A stretch of DNA of 64,000 bases. It comes from Halobacteriovoraceae bacterium. GTDB taxonomy: Bacteria > Bdellovibrionota > Bacteriovoracia > Bacteriovoracales > Bacteriovoracaceae. Shown here in pieces: positions 59,323 to 64,000 of the stretch. Under the pieces are notes generated by a model that ran no database searches, was not told where the DNA came from, and saw only the letters and a list, made by a program, of their open reading frames with translations. Numbering within the stretch: position 1 is the stretch's first letter; every line of letters begins with the position of its first letter. The stretch is from NCBI GenBank assembly GCA_963719505.1, contig CAVRCF010000001.1, forward strand, positions 608,001-672,000, in the 5' to 3' direction. The translations under genes were made by a program, and so were the position numbers.

Positions 59323-60340
59323 ATTATACTTCCTAATATTTACTCTCTTTGGTTGTGCTCAAGTCACTAGCCTTAACCTTCAAAAGCACCAATTTGGTCA
59401 AATCCCAACAAAAATTGTGTGGATACAAGTTGCGGGTTTTGAAGAGGAGCATCTCGCAACCCTAAAATTTGATTCAAACGCTAAAGCTGAAACTTTATCT
59501 TTTGAAAAGTTTCTCTGTTTGGGTAAAGCTTGGGAGTATAACCTTTACGATATTCGTCCTTCTTCGAGCTCTAGTTTTATAGGACAGTTGACGGGAGAAA
59601 AAAATATTAAAAATACTTGTGAAGACTATCAGAAGACACCCATTTGGAGTCTTATTTCTAAAAATAGTTATAAAGTCGGTGCTTTCGAAAATGGGGCAGG
59701 TAAAGATCAGAGCCTAGAGGCAGCAAAAGAGTGTGGAGAAGATGGTAAAAATTTCTTAGAGGATCTTACTCTTTGGAAAATGGCAAAAGCTCCGAGCAAG
59801 TCTAATTCCTTTTTCCACGTAAACGAAAAATCTATTTTTGATAAAGATACAACTTACTATGATAGAAGTTGTCTCACAGGAGAGTGTTACTCAAACCTGT
59901 CCCAAAATATTAAGTCAGTTTTTAGTCAATTTTCTCGAAAGTCTGATCGATATTTATTTGTGGTGAGAGACTTTAAGTACCAGAATGATTTAAAAAGTAG
60001 AAATTATTCTAAGTATAAAACAAGTTTGAGTGAACTCGAGAAAACGGTAGACTATTTTTTGGATCTCGCAAAAGAGAGTAAAAACATGCTCATCCTTTTA
60101 ACCAGCGCAAGCTCTCAAGGTTTAGACTTTCCAAAACGTGGTAATCAGTGGAAAGAATTTGAAAAAAGTGGGCGTTATCTAAACCAGAAAAAGTCTAAGC
60201 TTATAAGTACAGTTATGGCCTCTGGAGCAAGAGCAGAAAACTTTTGTGGTATTTACAATCAGAGTGAAATTTTGACAAGAGTCTTTAGCGGCTCGAAACA
60301 GCAGGGGCTTGAACTTGCCATCATCAACCCTTTTGATTAG
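59312..60340 (+). CDS. Lipoprotein with degenerate alkaline-phosphatase-like fold
   Basis: Lipobox LFGC; KIVWIQVAGF, LTG.K, LILLTS and FCGIYNQSEI line up with AP core motifs. Confidence 0.6.
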   Translation: MKFKLYFLIFTLFGCAQVTSLNLQKHQFGQIPTKIVWIQVAGFEEEHLATLKFDSNAKAETLSFEKFLCLGKAWEYNLYDIRPSSSSSFIGQLTGEKNIKNTCEDYQKTPIWSLISKNSYKVGAFENGAGKDQSLEAAKECGEDGKNFLEDLTLWKMAKAPSKSNSFFHVNEKSIFDKDTTYYDRSCLTGECYSNLSQNIKSVFSQFSRKSDRYLFVVRDFKYQNDLKSRNYSKYKTSLSELEKTVDYFLDLAKESKNMLILLTSASSQGLDFPKRGNQWKEFEKSGRYLNQKKSKLISTVMASGARAENFCGIYNQSEILTRVFSGSKQQGLELAIINPFD

Positions 60341-60348
60341 GAAATAAT

Positions 60349-60375
60349 TTAAGTTTTAGAACGATTGTCCGATAA
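60349..60375 (+). promoter_or_regulatory. sigma28 (FliA)-type promoter
   Basis: TTAAGTTT-N11-TCCGATAA versus extended consensus TAAAGTTT-N11-GCCGATAA. Confidence 0.65.
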
Positions 60376-60381
60376 GATTAG

Positions 60382-60478
60382 TATCTTTCTTAAATGGAAA
60401 GAGAACCACTTCGTGAGAGACAGGTTTCAACAACACAAAAAGGTTAAAATGCCCCATTGGAATCAATGGGGCTTTTTG
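60382..60478 (+). ncRNA. Candidate small RNA (sigma28 promoter to intrinsic terminator)
   Basis: Promoter immediately upstream, terminator at the 3' end, no RBS-supported ORF inside. Confidence 0.45.
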
Positions 60479-60480
60479 TT
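60451..60480 (+). terminator. Intrinsic terminator
   Basis: GCCCCATTG-GAAT-CAATGGGGC followed by TTTTTGTT. Confidence 0.85.
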
Positions 60481-60483
60481 TAT

Positions 60484-60499
60484 TGGCACGAAGATTGCT
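60484..60499 (+). promoter_or_regulatory. sigma54 (RpoN) -24/-12 promoter
   Basis: TGGCACG-AAGA-TTGCT, exact match to TGGCACG-N4-TTGCW. Confidence 0.75.
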
Positions 60500-60581
60500 T
60501 CTAGAGAGGTATAAAGCTTAGTTTAACGGCCCCAATTGGGAAATAACTGTATAAAGCTTTTACACTTTAGGGAGTACTGTC

Positions 60582-60833
60582 ATGAAGTTAGCCATTCAAC
60601 TATTCCTACTTTCTTCAGCCTTTTCTAGTGCTTTTGCGTCCAATAAACTAGTGGAAATGATTCGAGTCAATCAAATAGAAAAAACGAATGAATACATTGA
60701 GCTAAATAAAAGGAGCATCACTCAGAACTCCGCAAAAGAGGCTTTGGAATATATAAATCTCAACTCACTTCAGTCAGATTCATTTAAAAATATTGAAATT
60801 ATTCAGCGCCTGCGAGAAATTGCATTCAACTAA
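60582..60833 (+). CDS. Small secreted hypothetical protein
   Basis: GGGAG RBS; signal peptide ending AFA; 83 aa. Confidence 0.7.
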   Translation: MKLAIQLFLLSSAFSSAFASNKLVEMIRVNQIEKTNEYIELNKRSITQNSAKEALEYINLNSLQSDSFKNIEIIQRLREIAFN

Positions 60834-62472
60834 CCTTCTTGGGTATATAGCTTGCTATTCTCTCCGCATTTGCCGCGATGGTGAGTGAGGGATTGGGACC
60901 AAGTGAGCTTGGAATAATACTACCATCAATAATATAGAGACCCTCATGCCCGTAGGCTTGTCCTTTCTCGTTGACCACAGAAGTCTTGGGGTCCTCACCC
61001 ATAATACAACCACCAAGAGGATGAACAGCAAAAATCTTATCAACGGCCATAAAGGGGTTGGGCATAAAAATTCCATTCCATTTTTTTGTATAGCGACGAA
61101 GTTCTTTTTCAACTCTTTTGAAATGAAGTTCTGAGTCGTGAAGATTCCAGCGGACTTTAAATTCACCTTCTTCTTCTACCATTTTTCCTGTATTTCTATC
61201 TCTTCCCATGGCAAGGTGGACGAACATATTGCGGACAAACTGATCACTATCTAATGCATTGGAAAACTCATGACCAAGGTTTACTTCGGACTTAAATTGA
61301 GAAATTCCAAGGACTCGTTTGAGAAAACGAATAAAAGTAAAATGAAGAAACTTAATTTCATTCCAAATAGAACTTGCTTGAGGAAGCTTTCCAGCTAGAT
61401 ACCAAGCGAGTCCGGCTGGAGCTCCAGCATCCTCAAGATACATCACATGTTTGTAGCCATCAGGGTATGGTGTCATCTTGTATTTGATTGCGGTTGTTAT
61501 AACTGGTCCCTTGGTTGGGTCAAAAGTTTTATCAGTGAAGTTACTGTAGGCCAGAAAATCACCATTTCCGCACAAACCTTTTCCTAGATGAGAACTTAAG
61601 CGGTTAAGATTTCCATTTTTGACTTGTTTCATGAGAAGTCTTGTGCTTCCTATGGCCCCTGCGCTAACAACAACTTTTTTAGCAGCTATTGTTGTCATTT
61701 TTTTGGTTCTAGGATTTATGTAGCGAACTCTAAACATATCTCCTTCATCAATAATATCTGTAACCTCAGCATTGGTTCTAATATCAGCTCCATTTTTTCT
61801 AGCAAGAAAAAGATAGTTCAAGTCCAGAGTATTCTTGGCGTGTATATTACAGCCGATATCGCATTCACCACACTTATTACACTTTGATTGAATAGCTCCG
61901 TGTTTATTTTTTGTTTGCTCTCCTGGAAAGGAGCCTTTAAAGTTTATCGCCAAGTCGGGGGCAATGACTTCAGGTTTCTCAAGCATATCCTCTGTCATCT
62001 CCATCTGAGTGGCGGTCTCTCGATAAATTCTCGCCTTAGGAGTGTCTCGGTAGTCTGGATCTGTTTCAAGGGGGTAGGGAGATGCTTCCATCATTTCCAG
62101 TACAGTCTTATAAAATGGCTCAAAGGTTTTTGCGTTTAATTGAAAAGGCCAGTTAGAGAAATACTCTTCTTCTAAGCGCAATAAAACATTCGCGTATATA
62201 AGGGATCCTCCTCCAAGGCCAGATCCCGTGACGGATAAGTAATCGCTGCTGGCGTCATCTCTTATTTCCATAAAACCAAACTTTTGATCTTTAGGTTCCC
62301 AAAAAAGTTTTTCTTTGATTTCGTGGATACGCCTAGGAAATGACTGCATTGGATACTCAGACCCCCTTTCCAAAAGACATGTTTTATAGCCTTTTTCGAC
62401 AAGTCGATGAGTCATGACAGAGCCGCCAAAGCCTGAACCAATAACAATATAATCAAACATTATCTCTTTCAT
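60826..62472 (-). CDS. GMC oxidoreductase, cholesterol oxidase-like
   Basis: IGSGFGGSV, LERG, G.GLGGGSLIYANV, C..CGEC..GC...AKNTLDLNYL, HPLGGC, GPNPSLTI.A.AER. Confidence 0.9.
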   Translation of the reverse strand: MKEIMFDYIVIGSGFGGSVMTHRLVEKGYKTCLLERGSEYPMQSFPRRIHEIKEKLFWEPKDQKFGFMEIRDDASSDYLSVTGSGLGGGSLIYANVLLRLEEEYFSNWPFQLNAKTFEPFYKTVLEMMEASPYPLETDPDYRDTPKARIYRETATQMEMTEDMLEKPEVIAPDLAINFKGSFPGEQTKNKHGAIQSKCNKCGECDIGCNIHAKNTLDLNYLFLARKNGADIRTNAEVTDIIDEGDMFRVRYINPRTKKMTTIAAKKVVVSAGAIGSTRLLMKQVKNGNLNRLSSHLGKGLCGNGDFLAYSNFTDKTFDPTKGPVITTAIKYKMTPYPDGYKHVMYLEDAGAPAGLAWYLAGKLPQASSIWNEIKFLHFTFIRFLKRVLGISQFKSEVNLGHEFSNALDSDQFVRNMFVHLAMGRDRNTGKMVEEEGEFKVRWNLHDSELHFKRVEKELRRYTKKWNGIFMPNPFMAVDKIFAVHPLGGCIMGEDPKTSVVNEKGQAYGHEGLYIIDGSIIPSSLGPNPSLTIAANAERIASYIPKKVS

Positions 62473-62480
62473 ATAGTTCC

Positions 62481-63587
62481 TTAAACGACTGTTAGATTAA
62501 AACTTGGGAGGACTTCATAGAGAACCGTTCTTCTATGATCCATGATTGCGTCGTGAAAAAGTTTCCAAGGAGAATCTAAAAAACATTTTGTGAATTTAAT
62601 ATTTTCGGAAATACCATTGAGTTTATCGGGAAGTTGAAATTTGAGTTGGTTTTTCCAGCCCATCACCCCTTCGCCTCGATAGTCTATCTCTTCTGCTCCA
62701 AAGCTAAAGAGACCATTTCGAATCTCATCTATCCAGGCTGTACAGCGAACATGTTGATCGTCGTTTGTGATTCCAAGAAATAAGTCCTCTATTTTTTTTC
62801 TATCTTCTTCAGGTATTGAATGCATCACCAGTGCGTCTTCATTCTCTCTGTAGCTTCTAAGAGCTGAATAGAGATGATCAGCTGCTTCCATAAAAATTTT
62901 AGTATTATCTCTTCTAACTACTTTTCCGGCATAGTTTATATACTGCCACTTTAAAAAAGGTTTATCTGGCATGCTTAAAGCGGGTCCGTGTCCCAGTGGA
63001 GAATATTCTGTCAGGAGAAAGGAGAAAATTTTCTCCCACCATCTTTTTTTAAAGTAAGCTTTAATTCTCATTGTGTGAGTGGTGTGTGTGGTTCCATCAT
63101 CAAAATCAAGAATCTTTTCAACCTCGTTAACCCTATGTGAGATCCCACAAAATTTCTGATGGGCCCAAGTATCGGCGTAAACATGCATTGTAATGCCCAG
63201 CTGATAAAGATTGTAGGGCTTATTTTTTTTAGCAAAGACCTTCTTAAGCATAAGCTTGGCAACATCACTATTGGGTTGGCAAATAAGTCTTTTTACAAAT
63301 GAATCTTCACCTTCAAAGAGTGGGTCATCACTTATATTGCCAGGTAAAAAGTGAAAGGGAATCCAACTATAGTGATTTTGAAGCTGTTCAAAATTTCTAT
63401 AATCGAGCATTTTGTGAGCAGAAGCGAAAAATTCATAACCGGCATAGTTGTCGAAGAGAAGTCTTCCTGAGTCTGTGGCATCATCAATAAATTGTGAACT
63501 CGAAGCGATGATCTCTGATTCATTTTTTTCAAATCCAGCAAGTCTTGCAAGAACATAAGTTGTTGTAAAATGAAAATCTTTTTGCAT
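62481..63587 (-). CDS. DUF6765-like protein (putative Zn-dependent phospholipase C/P1 nuclease-type fold)
   Basis: DFHF..TY.LAR.AGF, SQF.DD, W.PFHFLPGN, LGI.MHVYADTWAHQ.F.G, GHG.A...PD. Confidence 0.7.
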   Translation of the reverse strand: MQKDFHFTTTYVLARLAGFEKNESEIIASSSQFIDDATDSGRLLFDNYAGYEFFASAHKMLDYRNFEQLQNHYSWIPFHFLPGNISDDPLFEGEDSFVKRLICQPNSDVAKLMLKKVFAKKNKPYNLYQLGITMHVYADTWAHQKFCGISHRVNEVEKILDFDDGTTHTTHTMRIKAYFKKRWWEKIFSFLLTEYSPLGHGPALSMPDKPFLKWQYINYAGKVVRRDNTKIFMEAADHLYSALRSYRENEDALVMHSIPEEDRKKIEDLFLGITNDDQHVRCTAWIDEIRNGLFSFGAEEIDYRGEGVMGWKNQLKFQLPDKLNGISENIKFTKCFLDSPWKLFHDAIMDHRRTVLYEVLPSFNLTVV

Positions 63588-63588
63588 A

Positions 63589-63999
63589 CTACTCTCTATT
63601 CCTATTTAAAAATTCAATAAAAGTTGGGAAGACATCTTCAGATGCTTTCTCTCCAATAAAAATATCTTGATGACCATAACCATCAATCTCTTTGAAGGAA
63701 ATTTCTTGCTGAGGGGAGATTTTCGATATCTGCTCAAACGTTAGCTTATTGGATTCTGGAAAAATTTTATTCTTATTTCCTGATATAAAAAGTGTGGGAG
63801 GCAATGTTACATCCTTCAAGTTTTGTAGATAGCTCTTTGGAAGATCTTTGAAATCATTTTTTCTTTGAAACGGAATACTTTCTTTATTCTTAATCATCTT
63901 ACTAATATGTCTGTAGTAATAGGTCGTCGTCGCTCCAAAAAGATCTTTGATCCTTTTGTGGGTAAGAGGATGAAGATTTTTGTGCTCGTAAGCAGCCGG
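63589..63999 (-). CDS. Alpha/beta hydrolase of the cholesterol-oxidase-associated type, C-terminal part (gene runs in from the window edge)
   Basis: Frame is open to the window end: PAAYEHKNLHPLTHKRIKDLFG...PTLFISG..N...GYGHQD.FIG..A..DVFP. Confidence 0.8.
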   Translation of the reverse strand, partial: PAAYEHKNLHPLTHKRIKDLFGATTTYYYRHISKMIKNKESIPFQRKNDFKDLPKSYLQNLKDVTLPPTLFISGNKNKIFPESNKLTFEQISKISPQQEISFKEIDGYGHQDIFIGEKASEDVFPTFIEFLNRNRE

Positions 64000-64000
64000 A

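Noticed and set aside
60394-60447. 17-codon ORF within the candidate sRNA
   Set aside because: No SD, and its start lies in a hairpin about 12 nt from the predicted TSS; kept only as an alternative explanation

Overview
AT-rich bacterial chromosomal window. Gene content and style (RNase Y next to zapA/5-FTHF cyclo-ligase, many Cys-rich secreted orphans, a giant lipoprotein adhesin, sigma28-type promoters) point to a predatory Bdellovibrionota, probably Bacteriovoracia/Halobacteriovorax-like; this taxonomy is inference. The backbone is housekeeping: nadB 3' end, rimO, epmA, ftsY-zapA-5FTHF cyclo-ligase-rny, CNNM/CorC transporter, Leu dehydrogenase, fused E1 alpha/beta 2-oxoacid dehydrogenase, a tyrosine-catabolism-like cluster, fabI, valS, hisS and a FadF-like Fe-S protein. 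Accessory genes include a 2884-aa Ig-repeat lipoprotein divergent from two beta-barrel genes, a secreted caspase/legumain-fold protease, a trypsin-like protease, tandem DUF2799 lipoproteins and a hydrolase-DUF6765-cholesterol oxidase-like operon. I saw no tRNA, rRNA, CRISPR array or mobile element. Features missing from the ORF track: (i) a candidate sigma28-driven ~95-nt sRNA with its own terminator, followed directly by a consensus sigma54 promoter; (ii) an ATA-initiated 'IEPPS' leader ORF whose stop abuts the start of the CNNM/CorC gene; (iii) a 34-aa ORF with RBS and promoter; (iv) an in-frame TGA splitting a TIGR03960 radical SAM gene; (v) tandem DnaA-box-like repeats in the adhesin promoter; (vi) several apparently leaderless genes; (vii) frameshifts in the hisC-like gene and the protease tail, probably assembly indels. 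All family calls come from motif recognition by eye, not database searches.
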